Shown: positions 21,247 to 36,740, numbered from the stretch's first letter. The stretch is DNA of 64,000 bases from Eledone cirrhosa (GCA_964016885.1 OZ024742.1:682001-746000); one strand, 5' to 3'. Numbers and translations: made by a program. The notes: generated from the letters alone by a model not told the origin.

Positions 21247-24200
21247 ATGTCACAACCTACCCCACTATATCACAACCTACCCCACTATATCACAACCTAC
21301 CCCCAAATATCACAACCTACCCCACTATATCACAACCTACCCCACTATATCACAACCTACCCCACTATGTCACAACCTACCCCACTATGTCACAACCTAC
21401 TCCACTATGTCACAACCTACCCCACTATGTCACAACCTACCCCACAAGAACACAACCTACCCCACTATTTCACAACCTAAACCACTATATCACAACCAAC
21501 CTCACTATATCACAACCTACTCCACTATATCACAACCTACCCCACTATATCACAACCTACCCTACTATATCACAACCTACCCCACTATATCACAACCTAC
21601 CCCACTATATCACAACCAACCTCACTATATCACAACCAACTCCACTATGTCACAACCTACTCCACTATGTCACAACCTACCCCACTGTCACAACCTACCC
21701 CACTATATCACAACCTACCCCACTATGTCACAACCTACCCCACTATTTCACAACCTACCCCAGTACATCACAACCTACCCCACTATATCACAACCTACCC
21801 CACTATATCACAACCTACCCCACTATGTCACAACCTACCCCACTATGTCACAACCTACTCCACTATGTCACAACCTACCCCACTATGTCACAACCTACCC
21901 CACTATATCACAACCTACCCCACTATATCACAACCAACTCCACTATGTCACAACCTACTCCACTATGTCACAACCTACCCCACTGTCACAACCTACCCCA
22001 CTATATCACAACCTACCCCACTATGTCACAACCTACCCCACAAGAACACAACCTACCCCACTATTTCACAACCTACCCCAGTACATCACAACCTACCCCA
22101 CTATATCACAACCTACCCCACTATATCACAACCTACCCCACTATGTCACAACCTACCCCACTATGTCACAACCTACTCCACTATGTCACAACCTACCCCA
22201 CTATATCACAACCTACCTCACTATATCACAACCTACCCCACTATATCACAACCTACCCCACTATATCACAACCTACCCCACTATATCACAACCTACCCCA
22301 CTATATCACAACCTACCCCACTATATCACAACCAACCTCACTATATCACAACATACTCCACTATATCACAACCTACCCCACTATTTCACAACCTACCCCA
22401 GTACATCACAACCTACCCCACTATAACACAACCTACTCCACTATATCACAACCTACCCCACTATAACAACCTACTCCACTATATCACAATCTACCCCAAG
22501 CATCACAACCTACCCCACTATTTCACAACCTACCCCACTATGTCACAACCTACCCCACTATGTCACAACCTACCCCACTATAACACAACCTACCCCACTA
22601 TAACACAACCTACCCCACTATTTCACAACCTACCCCAGTACATCACTACCTACTCCACTATATCACAACCTATCCCACTATATCACAACCTACCCCACTG
22701 TCACAACCTACCCCACTATTTCACAACCTACCCCAGTACATCACAACCTACTCCACTATATCACAACCTACCCCACCGTTACACAACCTACCCCAGTACA
22801 TCACAACCTACCCCACTATATCACAACCTACTCCAGTACATCACAACCTACCCCAGTACATCACAACCTACCCCACTATTTCACAACCTACCCCACTATG
22901 TCACAACCTACCCCACTATAACACAACCTACCCCAGTACATCACAACCTACCCCACAATAACACAACCTACCCCACTATTTCACAACCTACCCCAGTACA
23001 TCACAACCTACCCCAGTACATCACAACCTACTCCACTATATCACAACCTACCCCACCGTTACACAACCTACCCCAGTACATCACAACCTACCCCACTATA
23101 TCACAACCTACTCCAGTACATCACAACCTACCCCAGTACATCACAACCTACCCCACTATTTCACAACCTACCCCACTATGTCACAACCTACCCCACTATA
23201 ACACAACCTACCCCAGTACATCACAACCTACCCCACAATAACACAACCTACCCCACTATTTCACAACCTACCCCAGTACATCACAACCTACCCCAGTACA
23301 TCACAACCTACCCCACTATATCACAACCTACCCCACTATGTCACAACCTACCCCAGTACATCACAACCTACCCCACTATATCACAACCTACCCCACTATA
23401 TCACAACCTACCCCAGTACATCACTACCTACTCCACTATATCACAACCTACCCCAGTACATTACAACCTACCCCAGTACATCACAACCTACCGCAGTATA
23501 TCACAACCTACCCCACTATATCACAACCTACCCCACTATAACACAACCTAACACACTATTTCACAACCTACCCCAGTACATCACAACCTACCCCAGTACA
23601 TCACAACCTACCGCAGTATATCACAACCTACCCCACTATAACACAACCTACTCCACTATATCACAACCTACCCCACATTTCACAACCTAACCCAGTACAT
23701 CACAACCTACCCCAGTACATCACAACCTACCGCAGTATATCACAACCTACTCCACTATATCACAACCTACCCCACTATAACACAACCTACCCCACTATTT
23801 CACAACCTAACCCAGTACATCACAACCTACCCCACTATATCACAACATATCCCACTATATCACAACCTACCCCACTGTCACAACCTACCCCACAATAACA
23901 CAACCTACCCCACTATATCACAACCTACCACACTATTACACAACCTACCCCAGTACATCACAACCTACCCCACTATATCACAACCTACTCCAGTACATCA
24001 CAACCTACCCCAGTACATCACAACCTACCCCACTATTTCACAACCTACCCCACCTATGTCACAACCTACCCCACTATATCACAACCTACCCCACAATAAC
24101 ACAACCTACTCCATTATTTAACAACCTACCCCAGTACATCACAACCTACCCCAGTACATCACAACCTACCCCAGTACATCACAACCTACCCCAGTACATC

Positions 24201-27200
24201 ACAACCTACCCCACTATATCACAACCGACCCCACTATGTCACAACCTACCCCAGTACATCACAACCTACCCCACTATATCACAACCTACCCCACTATAAC
24301 ACAACCTAACACACTATTTCACAACCTACCCCAGTACATCACAACCTACCCCAGTACATCACTACCTACTCCACTATATCACAACCTACCCCAGTACATT
24401 ACAACCTACCCCACTATAACACAACCTAACACACTATTTCACAACCTACCCCAGTACATCACTACCTACTCCACTATATCACAACCTACCCCAGTACATC
24501 ACAACCTACCCCAGTACATCACAACCTACCGCAGTATATCACAACCTACCCCACTATATCACAACCTACCCCACTATAACACAACCTACTCCATTATTTA
24601 ACAACCTACCCCAGTATATCACAACCTACTCCACTATATCACAACCTACCCCACTATAACACAACCTAACACACTATTTCACAACCTACCCCAGTACATC
24701 ACAACCTACCCCAGTACATCACAACCTACCGCAGTATATCACAACCTACCCCACTATATCACAACCTACCCCACTATATCACAACCTACCCCACTATATC
24801 ACAACCTAACCCAGTACATCACAACCTACCCCAGTACATCACAACCTACCCCAGTACATCACAACCTACCCCAGTACATCACAACCTACCCCAGTACATC
24901 ACAACCTACCCCAGTACATCACAACCTACCCCAGTATATCACAACCTACTCCACTATATCACAACCTACCCCACTATAACACAACCTACCCCACTATTTC
25001 ACAACCTAACCCAGTACATCACAACCTACCCCACTATATCACAACCTATCCCACTATATCACAACCTACCCCACTGTCACAACCTACCCCACAATAACAC
25101 AACCTACCCCACTATATCACAACCTACTCCACTATATCACAACCTACCACACTATTACACAACCTACCCCAGTACATCACAACCTACCCCACTATATCAC
25201 AACCTACTCCAGTACATCACAACCTACCCCAGTACATCACAACCTACCCCACTATTTCACAACCTACCCCACTATATCACAACCTACTCCAGTACATCAC
25301 AACCTACCCCAGTACATCACAACCTACCCCACTATATCACAACCTACCCCACAATAACACAACCTACTCCATTATTTAACAACCTACCCCAGTACATCAC
25401 AACCTACCCCAGTACATCACAACCTACCCCAGTACATCACAACCTACCCCAATACATCACAACCTACCCCACTACATCACAACCTACCCCACTATATCAC
25501 AACCTACCCCACTATATCACAACCTACCCCACTATGTCACAACCTACCCCAGTACATCACAACCTACTCCACTATTTCACAACCTACCCCACTATGTCAC
25601 AACCTACCCCACTATATCACAACCTACCCCACAATAACACAACCTACTCCATTATTTAACAACCTACCCCAGTACATCACAACCTACCCCACTATATCAC
25701 AACCTACCCCACTATTTCACAACCTACCCCAGTACATCACAACCTACCCCACTACATCACAACCTACCCCACTATATCACAACCTACCCCACTATGTCAC
25801 AACCTACACCAGTACATCACAACCTACTCCACTATTTCACAACCTACCCCACTATGTCACAACCTACACCACTACATCACAACCTACTCCACTATTTCAC
25901 AACCTACCCCACTATGTCACAACCTACCCCACTATAACACAACCTTCCCCCACTATAACACAACCTAACACACTATTTCACAACCTACCCCAGTACATCA
26001 CAACCTACCCCACTATATCACAACCTATCCCACTATATCACAACCTACCCCACTGTCACAACCTACCCCAGTACATCACAACCTACCCCAATATGTCACA
26101 ACCTACCCACTATAACACAACCTACCCCAGTACATCACAACCTACCACACTATAACACAACCTACCCCACTATAACACAACCTAACACACTATTTCACAA
26201 CCTACCCCAGTACATCACAACCTACCCCAGTACATCACAACCTACCCCACTATATCACAACCTACCCCACTATAACACAACCTAACACACTATTTCACAA
26301 CCTACCCCAGTACATCACAACCTACCCCAGTACATCACAACCTACCGCAGTATATCACAACCTACCCCACTATAACACAACCTAACACACTATTTCACAA
26401 CCTACCCCAGTAAATCACTACCTACTCCACTATATCACAACCTAACCCCACATTTCACAACCTAACCCAGTACATCACAACCTACCCCAGTACATCACAA
26501 CCTACCCCAGTACATCACAACCTACCCCACTATATCACAACCTACCCCACTATGTCACAACCTACCCCACTATGTCACAACCTACCCCACTATAACACAA
26601 CCTATCCCACTATTTCACAACCTACCCCAGTACATCAGTACCTACTCCACTATATCACAACCTACCCCACTATTTCACAACCTACCCCAGTACATCACAA
26701 CCTACTCCACTATATCACAACCTACCCTACTATATCACAACCTACCCCACTATTTCACAACCTACCCCAGTACATCACAACCTACTCCACTATATCACAA
26801 CCTACCCTACTATATCACAACCTACCCCACTATAACACAACCTACCCCACTATTTCACAACCTACCCCACTATATCACAACCTACTCCACTATATCACAA
26901 CCTACCCCACTATAACACAACCTACCCCACTATATCACAACCTACCCCAGTACATCACAACCTACTCCACTATGTCACAACCTACCCCACTATATCACAA
27001 CCTACCCCACTATAACACAACCTACCCTACATTTCACAACCTACCCAAGTACATCACTATCTACCCCACTATTTCACAACCTACTCCACTACATCACAAC
27101 CTACCCCAGTACATCACAACCTACCCCACTATATCACAACCTACCCCAGTACATCACAACCTACCCCAGTACATCACAACCTACTCCACTATATCACAAC

Positions 27201-30200
27201 CTACCCCACTATTACACAACCTACCCCAGTACATCACAACCTACCCCAGTACATCACAGCCTACCCCACTATATCACAACCTACCCCAGTACATCACAAC
27301 CTACCCCACTTTTTCACAACCTACCCCAGTACATCACAACCTACCCTACTATATCACAACCTACCCTACTATATCACAACCTACCACAGTACATCACAAC
27401 CTACTCCACTATGTCACAACCTACCCCACTATGTCACAACCTACCCCAGTACATCACAACCTACCCCACTATATCACAACCTACTCCACTATATCACAAC
27501 CTACCCCACTATAACACAACCTACCCCACTATTTCACAACCTAACCCAGTACATCACAACCTACCCCACTATATCACAACCTACCCCACTATATCACAAC
27601 CTACCCCACTATGTCACAACCTACCCCAGTACATCACAACCTACCCCAGTACATCACTACCTACTCCACTATTTCACAACCTACCCCAGTACATCACAAC
27701 CTACCCCAGTACATCACAACCTACCGCAGTATATCACAACCTACCCCACTATATCACAACTTACCCCACTATAACACAACCTAACACACTATTTCACAAC
27801 CTACCCCAGTACATCACAACCTACCCCAGTACATCACAACCTACCCCAGTACATCACTACCTACTCCACTATTTCACAACCTACCCCAGTACATCACAAC
27901 CTACCCCAGTACATCACAACCTACCGCAGTATATCACAACCTACCCCACTATATCACAACCTACCCCACTATAACACAACCTTCTCCACTATATCACAAC
28001 CTACCCCACATTTCACAACCTAACCCAGTACATCACAACCTACCCCAGTACATCACAACCTACCCCAGTATATCACAACCTACTCCACTATATCACAACC
28101 TACCCCACTATTTCACAACCTAACCCAGTACATCACAACCTACCCCACTGTCACAACCTACCCCACTACATCACAACCTACCCCACTATATCACAACCTA
28201 CCCCACTATATCACAACCTACTCCAGTACATCACAACCTACCCCAGTACATCACAACCTACCCCACTATTTCACAACCTACCCCACAATAACACAACCTA
28301 CTCCATTATTTAACAACCTACCCCAGTACATCACAACCTACCCCAGTACATCACAACCTACCCCAGTACATCACAACCTACCCCAGTACATCACAACCTA
28401 CCCCAAAACATCACAACCTACCCCACTACATCACAACCTACCCCACTATATCACAACCTACCCCACTATATCACAACCTACCCCACTATGTCACAACCTA
28501 CCCCAGTACATCACAACCTACTCCACTATTTCACAACCTACCCCACTATGTCACAACCTACCCCACTATATCACAACCTACCCCACAATAACACAACCTA
28601 CACCATTATTTAACAACCTACCCCAGTACATCACAACCTACCCCAGTACATCACTACCTACTCCACTATATCACAACCTACCCCAGTACATCACAACCTA
28701 CCCCAGTACATCACAACCTACCCCAGTACATCACAACCTAACCCAGTACATCACAACCTACCCCAGTACATCACAACCTACCCCACTATTTCACAACCTA
28801 CCCCACTATTTCACAACCTACCCCAGTACATCACAACCTACCCCACTACATCACAACCTACCCCACTACATCACAACCTACCCCAGTACATCACAACCTA
28901 CCCCACTATTTCACAACCTACCCCACTATGTCACAACCTACACCAGTACATCACAACCTACCCCACTATAACACAACCTTCCCCCACTATATCACAACCT
29001 ACCCCACTATGTCACAACCTACCCACTATAACACAACCTACCCCAGTACATCACAACCTACCCCACTATTTCACAACCTACCCCACTATGTCACAACCTA
29101 CACCAGTACATCACAACCTACCCCACTGTCACAACCTACCCCACAATAACACAACCTACCCCACTATATCACAACCTACCCCACTATGTCACAACCTACC
29201 CACTATAACACAACCTACCCCAGTACATCACAACCTACCACACTATAACACAACCTACCCCACTATAACACAACCTAACACACTATTTCACAACCTACCC
29301 CAGTACATCACAACCTACCCCAGTACATCACAACCTACCGCAGTATATCACAACCTACCCCACTATATCACAACCTACCCCACTATAACACAACCTACCC
29401 CAGTACATCACAACCTACCCCAGTACATCACAACCTACCGCAGTATATCACAACCTACCCCACTATATCACAACCTACCCCACTATAACACAACCTACTC
29501 CACTATATCACAACCTAACCCCACATTTCACAACCTAACCCAGTACATCACAACCTACCCCAGTACATCACAACCTACCCCAGTACATCACAACCTACCC
29601 CACTATATCACAACCTACCCCACTATGTCACAACCTACCCCACTATGTCACAACCTACCCCACTATAACACAACCTATCCCACTATTTCACAACCTACCC
29701 CAGTACATCAGTACCTACTCCACTATATCACAACCTACCCCACTATTTCACAACCTACCCCAGTACATCACAACCTACTCCACTATATCACAACCTACCC
29801 TACTATATCACAACCTACCCCACTATTTCACAACCTACCCCAGTACATCACAACCTACTCCACTATATCACAACCTACCCTACTATATCACAACCTACCC
29901 CACTATAACACAACCTACCCCACTATTTCACAACCTACCCCACTATATCACAACCTACTCCACTATATCACAACCTACCCCACTATAACACAACCTACCC
30001 CACTATATCACAACCTACCCCAGTACATCACAACCTACTCCACTATGTCACAACCTACCCCACTATATCACAACCTACCCCACTATAACACAACCTACCC
30101 TACATTTCACAACCTACCCAAGTACATCACTATCTACCCCACTATTTCACAACCTACTCCACTACATCACAACCTACCCCAGTACATCACAACCTACCCC

Positions 30201-33200
30201 ACTATATCACAACCTACCCCAGTACATCACAACCTACCCCAGTACATCACAACCTACTCCACTATATCACAACCTACCCCACTATTACACAACCTACCCC
30301 AGTACATCACAACCTACCCCAGTACATCACAGCCTACCCCACTATATCACAACCTACCCCAGTACATCACAACCTACCCCACTTTTTCACAACCTACCCC
30401 AGTACATCACAACCTACCCTACTATATCACAACCTACCCTACTATATCACAACCTACCACAGTACATCACAACCTACTCCACTATGTCACAACCTACCCC
30501 ACTATGTCACAACCTACCCCAGTACATCACAACCTACCCCACTATATCACAACCTACTCCACTATATCACAACCTACCCCACTATAACACAACCTACCCC
30601 ACTATTTCACAACCTAACCCAGTACATCACAACCTACCCCACTATATCACAACCTACCCCACTATATCACAACCTACCCCACTATGTCACAACCTACCCC
30701 AGTACATCACAACCTACCCCAGTACATCACTACCTACTCCACTATTTCACAACCTACCCCAGTACATCACAACCTACCCCAGTACATCACAACCTACCGC
30801 AGTATATCACAACCTACCCCACTATATCACAACTTACCCCACTATAACACAACCTAACACACTATTTCACAACCTACCCCAGTACATCACAACCTACCCC
30901 AGTACATCACAACCTACCCCAGTACATCACTACCTACTCCACTATTTCACAACCTACCCCAGTACATCACAACCTACCCCAGTACATCACAACCTACCGC
31001 AGTATATCACAACCTACCCCACTATATCACAACCTACCCCACTATAACACAACCTTCTCCACTATATCACAACCTACCCCACATTTCACAACCTAACCCA
31101 GTACATCACAACCTACCCCAGTACATCACAACCTACCCCAGTATATCACAACCTACTCCACTATATCACAACCTACCCCACTATTTCACAACCTAACCCA
31201 GTACATCACAACCTACCCCACTGTCACAACCTACCCCACTACATCACAACCTACCCCACTATATCACAACCTACCCCACTATATCACAACCTACTCCAGT
31301 ACATCACAACCTACCCCAGTACATCACAACCTACCCCACTATTTCACAACCTACCCCACAATAACACAACCTACTCCATTATTTAACAACCTACCCCAGT
31401 ACATCACAACCTACCCCAGTACATCACAACCTACCCCAGTACATCACAACCTACCCCAGTACATCACAACCTACCCCAAAACATCACAACCTACCCCACT
31501 ACATCACAACCTACCCCACTATATCACAACCTACCCCACTATATCACAACCTACCCCACTATGTCACAACCTACCCCAGTACATCACAACCTACTCCACT
31601 ATTTCACAACCTACCCCACTATGTCACAACCTACCCCACTATATCACAACCTACCCCACAATAACACAACCTACACCATTATTTAACAACCTACCCCAGT
31701 ACATCACAACCTACCCCAGTACATCACTACCTACTCCACTATATCACAACCTACCCCAGTACATCACAACCTACCCCAGTACATCACAACCTACCCCAGT
31801 ACATCACAACCTAACCCAGTACATCACAACCTACCCCAGTACATCACAACCTACCCCACTATTTCACAACCTACCCCACTATTTCACAACCTACCCCAGT
31901 ACATCACAACCTACCCCACTACATCACAACCTACCCCACTACATCACAACCTACCCCAGTACATCACAACCTACCCCACTATTTCACAACCTACCCCACT
32001 ATGTCACAACCTACACCAGTACATCACAACCTACCCCACTATAACACAACCTTCCCCCACTATATCACAACCTACCCCACTATGTCACAACCTACCCACT
32101 ATAACACAACCTACCCCAGTACATCACAACCTACCCCACTATTTCACAACCTACCCCACTATGTCACAACCTACACCAGTACATCACAACCTACCCCACT
32201 GTCACAACCTACCCCACAATAACACAACCTACCCCACTATATCACAACCTACCCCACTATGTCACAACCTACCCACTATAACACAACCTACCCCAGTACA
32301 TCACAACCTACCACACTATAACACAACCTACCCCACTATAACACAACCTAACACACTATTTCACAACCTACCCCAGTACATCACAACCTACCCCAGTACA
32401 TCACAACCTACCGCAGTATATCACAACCTACCCCACTATATCACAACCTACCCCACTATAACACAACCTACCCCAGTACATCACAACCTACCCCAGTACA
32501 TCACAACCTACCGCAGTATATCACAACCTACCCCACTATATCACAACCTACCCCACTATAACACAACCTACTCCACTATATCACAACCTAACCCCACATT
32601 TCACAACCTACCCCAGTACATCACAACCTACCCCAGTACATCACAACCTACCCCAGTACATCACAACCTACCCCACTATATCACAACCTACCCCACTATG
32701 TCACAACCTACCCCACTATAACACAACCTATCCCACTATTTCACAACCTACCCCAGTACATCAGTACCTACTCCACTATATCACAACCTACCCCACTATT
32801 TCACAACCTACCCCAGTACATCACAACCTACTCCACTATATCACAACCTACCCTACTATATCACAACCTACCCCACTATAACACAACCTACCCCACTATT
32901 TCACAACCTACCCCACTATATCACAACCTACTCCACTATATCACAACCTACCCCACTATAACACAACCTACCCCACTATATCACAACCTACCCCAATACA
33001 TCACAACCTACTCCACTATGTCACAACCTACCCCACTATATCACAACCTACCCTACTATAACACAACCTAACACACTATTTCACAACCTACCCCACTATA
33101 ACACAACCTACCCTACATTTCACAACCTACCCAAGTACATCACTATCTACCCCACTATTTCACAACCTACTCCACTACATCACAACCTACCCCGGTATAT

Positions 33201-34470
33201 GACAACCTACTCCACTATATCACAACCTACCCCACTATTACACAACCTACCCCAGTACATCACAACCTACCCCAGTACATCACAGCCTACCCCACTATAT
33301 CACAACCTACCCCAGTACATCACAACCTACCCCACTTTTTCACAACCTACCCTACTATATCACAACCTACTCCACTATGTCACAACCTACCCCAGTACAT
33401 CCCAACCTACCCCAGTACATCACAACCTACCCCACTATATCACAACCTACCCCAGTACATCACAACCTACCCCACTATAACACAACCTACCCCAGTACAT
33501 CACAACCTACCCCAGTACATCACAACCTACCCCACTATATCACAACCTACCCCAGTACATCACAACCTACCCCGGTACATCACAACCTACCCCACTATAT
33601 CACAACCTACCACAGTACATCACAACCTACCCCACTATATCACAACCTACCCCAGTACATCACAACCTACCCCACTATTTCACAACCTACTCCACTATGT
33701 CACAACCTACCCCACTATGTCACAACCTACCCCACTATAACACAACCTACCCCAGTACATCACAACCTACCCCACTATATCACAACCTACCCCACAATAA
33801 CACAACCTACTCCACTATTTCACAACCTACCCCAGTACATCACAACCTACCCCACTATATCACAACCTACCCCACTATTTCACAACCTACCCCAGTACAT
33901 CACAACCTACCCCACTATATCACAACCTACCCCAGTACATCACAACCTACCCCACTATGTCACAACCTACCCCACTATAACACAACCTACCGCACTATAT
34001 CACAACCTACCCCAGTACATCCCAACCTACCCCAGTACATCACAACCTACCCCACTATAACACAACCTACCCCACTATATCACAACCTACCCCAGTACAT
34101 CACAACCTACCCCACTATGTCACAACCTACCCCACTATAACACAACCTACCCCAAATATCACAACTTACCCCACTATAACACAAGCTACCCCACTATATC
34201 ACAACCTACCCCAGTACATCACAACCTACCCCACTATAACACAACCTACCCCAGTACATCACAACCTACCCCACTATAACACAACCTACCCCAGTACATC
34301 ACAACCTACCCCACTATAACACAACCTACCCCACTATAACACAACCTACCCCAGTACATCACAACCTACCCCACTATAACACAACCTACCCCACTATAAC
34401 ACAACCTACCCCAGTACATCACAACCTACCCCACTATAACACAACCTACCCCAGTACATCACAACCTACC
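21247..34470. repeat. 20-bp minisatellite, about 13.2 kb and 660 units, with a 3073-bp higher-order duplication
   Basis: Unit TCACAACCTACCCCA(CTATA/GTACA). Identical ORFs at 27411/30484 and 28928/32001 are 3073 bp apart. Confidence 0.98.
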
Positions 34471-34548
34471 TCAATAAATGATCACTGGTTAATTTGCAAC
34501 TTTCTCGGTGAGATGTATCATTTGTTATCTTTGGAGGTTTCTTAGATT
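34470..34548 (-). CDS. MYO9: Myosin IX loop-2 exon: KSKKPPKITNDTSHRESCKLTSDHLL(R)
   Basis: Poly-T tract then ggcAG| acceptor, GAG|GTAGGT donor, 79 nt. Phase 1 in and phase 2 out match both neighbouring exons with no stop. Confidence 0.75.
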
Positions 34549-34764
34549 CTGCCAGAAAAAAAACAAAACAATTGTGAGTAAACAATCCTTAACAATAATA
34601 AATTTAAAAATCTTGAAATAAACTATAATTAACATTCTTTGTGATTAGTTAATAGAACAATTAACATTATTAATTAATAATTAACAATAATTTTAATAAA
34701 TTAATTTTTCTAGTACATGATAAACAATGTTCCATAATTTATGTTTAACTTATTCTTTAGAATT

Positions 34765-34900
34765 GGTTGGCAGCAGCAAATTGGTAGAATTGTTAAAACA
34801 TCAGAATGTTTTATAGTGTATGTTCCAGCTCTCTGTTCTCTCAGTTCAAATTCTGCCAAGGTCAATAAAAGGGTACCAGTCCAATACTAAGGTCAATTCT
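34765..34900 (+). mobile_element. Degenerate SINE fragment of the same family as 36035-36245
   Basis: GGCAGCAGCAAATTGGTAGAAT...AGTTCAAATTCTGCCAAGGTCAATAAAAGGGTACCAGTC. Confidence 0.6.
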
Positions 34901-35090
34901 TCCTCTGTATCTCCTTTTCACTTATTTTCTCTAGGAGATATCAGCTGTGTTCAGATCTAAACAGGTTTCACCAGGTTTAAAATAGCCAATGTCATGTCAG
35001 CTACTAAGGCAAACATACGACCTCACCTTCACTAGTGATGAATCCTTACATACATATGAAGATTAAAATAAACAGAGATGAAATACTCAC

Positions 35091-35192
35091 TTCCATTTGC
35101 CTGGTATTCTTTACCAGCAGAAATAAAGGCCGCAACACATCTGAAGAATGCTCTTAGCAATCCCCACCGTAAAATAGCGACTGGATCAACTC
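35091..35192 (-). CDS. MYO9: Myosin IX exon, start of the loop-2 insert: (G)VDPVAILRWGLLRAFFRCVAAFISAGKEYQANG
   Basis: Minus strand tatttcAG|GA...GGAA|GTgagt, 102 nt, open frame. The peptide resembles the class IX motif recalled from vertebrate Myo9a (GIDPVAVFRWAILRAFFRAM). Confidence 0.92.
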
Positions 35193-35195
35193 CTG

Positions 35196-35720
35196 AAATA
35201 TACATACATTATATAGGTTATATTCCATAAATATATATACATTACACAGGTTATATTCCATAAATATATATACATTACACAGGTTATATTTCATAAATAT
35301 ATATATGGAGGCACATGGCTTAGTGGTTAGAGCATTAGCCTTGCAATCGAAAGGTTGTGAGTTCAATTCTCAGACCGGGTATGTGTTGTTTCCTTGAGCA
35401 AGAGACTTTATTTCACATTGCTCCAGTTTACTCAGCTGTAGATATGAGATGATAGGGACCCCATTCCACTGCAAAGCACCCAGCACTCACTGTAAATGAG
35501 GTTGGTGTTAGGAAGGGCATCCAGCTGTAGAAATCATGCCAGAATCAGTTCCCGTCCCACCCTTGCAAGCAGGGAAAAGTGGACGTAAAATGAATGATAT
35601 ACATTACACAGGTTATATTTCATAAATATATATACATTACACAGGTTATATTTCATAAATATACATACATTACACATGTTATATTCCATAAATATATATA
35701 CATACATATTTCATAATATA
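35196..35720. repeat. ~38-bp AT-rich minisatellite abutting the exon acceptor and split by a SINE
   Basis: ATATACATTACACAGGTTATATT(C/T)CATAAAT units at 35198-35306 and 35597-35720. Confidence 0.85.
35307..35598 (+). mobile_element. Full-length tRNA-derived SINE with CORE-like body and RTE-derived 3' tail
   Basis: A box TGGCTTAGTGG (35316), B box GAGTTCAATTC (35359), TCCTTGAGCAAG core. The tail GTTGGTGTTAGGAAGGGCATCC...TGGACGT matches the LINE 3' end. Confidence 0.9.
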
Positions 35721-35721
35721 A

Positions 35722-36582
35722 CCTTGTACTTACTATATTTCTAATGAAAGTCACTTGTTGTGATTTTTAAATAAATTAAAAAAAAAAAGAATTTGGAGAA
35801 ATTTAGTAAATATATAAAACTTTCTCATTTTTAAGTTAATGTTTATACTTTGATCTTATCCAAAACACCAAGAAACATTCTGAGTTCAAATCCTGCCGAG
35901 GTTAGCTTTGCCTTTCATCCTTACGGGGTCAATAAAATAAAGTACCAGTAACTGGGATTGATTTAATCAACTTTACTCTCCCTCCAAAATTGTTGGCCTT
36001 GCGCCTCAATCAGAAACCATTATTTAGTGGAGGTTTAGGGCAGCAGATTGGCAGAAATGTTAAAGCGTCAGATGAAATGGTTTGTGTCATTTAGTTACAT
36101 CCTTTATATCCTGCTGAAATAACTTTGACCTTTCATCCTTCCAGGGTTATTAAAATAAGATACCAGTCAAATACTGCTGTCCATATAATTGACTTTCCCC
36201 TCTTAACAAAATACAGGCCTTGTGCCTAGATTAGAAATCATTATTAAGTTGGGGTTTGGAACATAACTTAACAAAGGTTCTTAAAATTATGATAGAAAAC
36301 TTTCCGTTATGTCCCTCTAAAGACTGAGTTCAAATCCCGCCGAGGTTAACTTTGCCTTTCATTCTTACGAGGTCGATAAAATAAAGTACCAGTAATACAC
36401 TGGGATATACGCTGGCCTTGTGCCAAAAGTAGAACCAATTATTAAGTGGTGTTTGGAACATAACTTAAAGGTTCTTAAAATTATGATACAAAACGTTTAG
36501 ATGAACATAAACACTTTATAATGTACAGTTTTATATCATAAAATCAGGGTCAGTTTCAGGTGGTTTAATATCAAAAGGGCTA
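35722..36582. mobile_element. Degenerate second copy of the TTAA-type MITE, interrupted by three Nin/Deu-domain-like SINE fragments (~35878-36025, 36035-36245, 36324-36445)
   Basis: TTTCTAATGAAAG.CACT, AATTTGGAGA and AAAATTATGAT are shared with 16500-16707. Recurrent GAGTTCAAATCC.GCCGAGGTTA.CTTTGCCTTTCAT...AAATAAAGTACCAG. Confidence 0.65.
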
Positions 36583-36740
36583 CATTAACTACATTAACAT
36601 AACATTTACACCTGCCTTTCCATACTTGCATCAGTTGGACAAGATCCAGTACCAACATCAATATCACCAGAACAGAAGGAAGATTGTTTCATTCAACCAA
36701 TTTTTTTTTAAAATAGGACCCAATCAATTCAGAGCAAGGC

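Noticed and set aside
21140-34140. Long mucin/extensin-like ORFs (SQPTPLYHNLPHYITTYPT)
   Set aside because: All three frames give the same periodic peptide from a 20-bp unit; intronic and antisense to Myo9.
21247-34470. Telomeric repeat array
   Set aside because: C-rich strand bias resembles telomeres, but the unit is a 20-mer and there are no (TTAGGG)n runs.
35307-35380. tRNA gene
   Set aside because: A and B boxes are present, but there is no intact cloverleaf and it continues into SINE core and LINE-derived tail.
36612-36720. Possible upstream Myo9 exon ending CAG|GTGTAA
   Set aside because: No myosin-like translation or clear acceptor; the preceding motor exon probably lies beyond position 64000.
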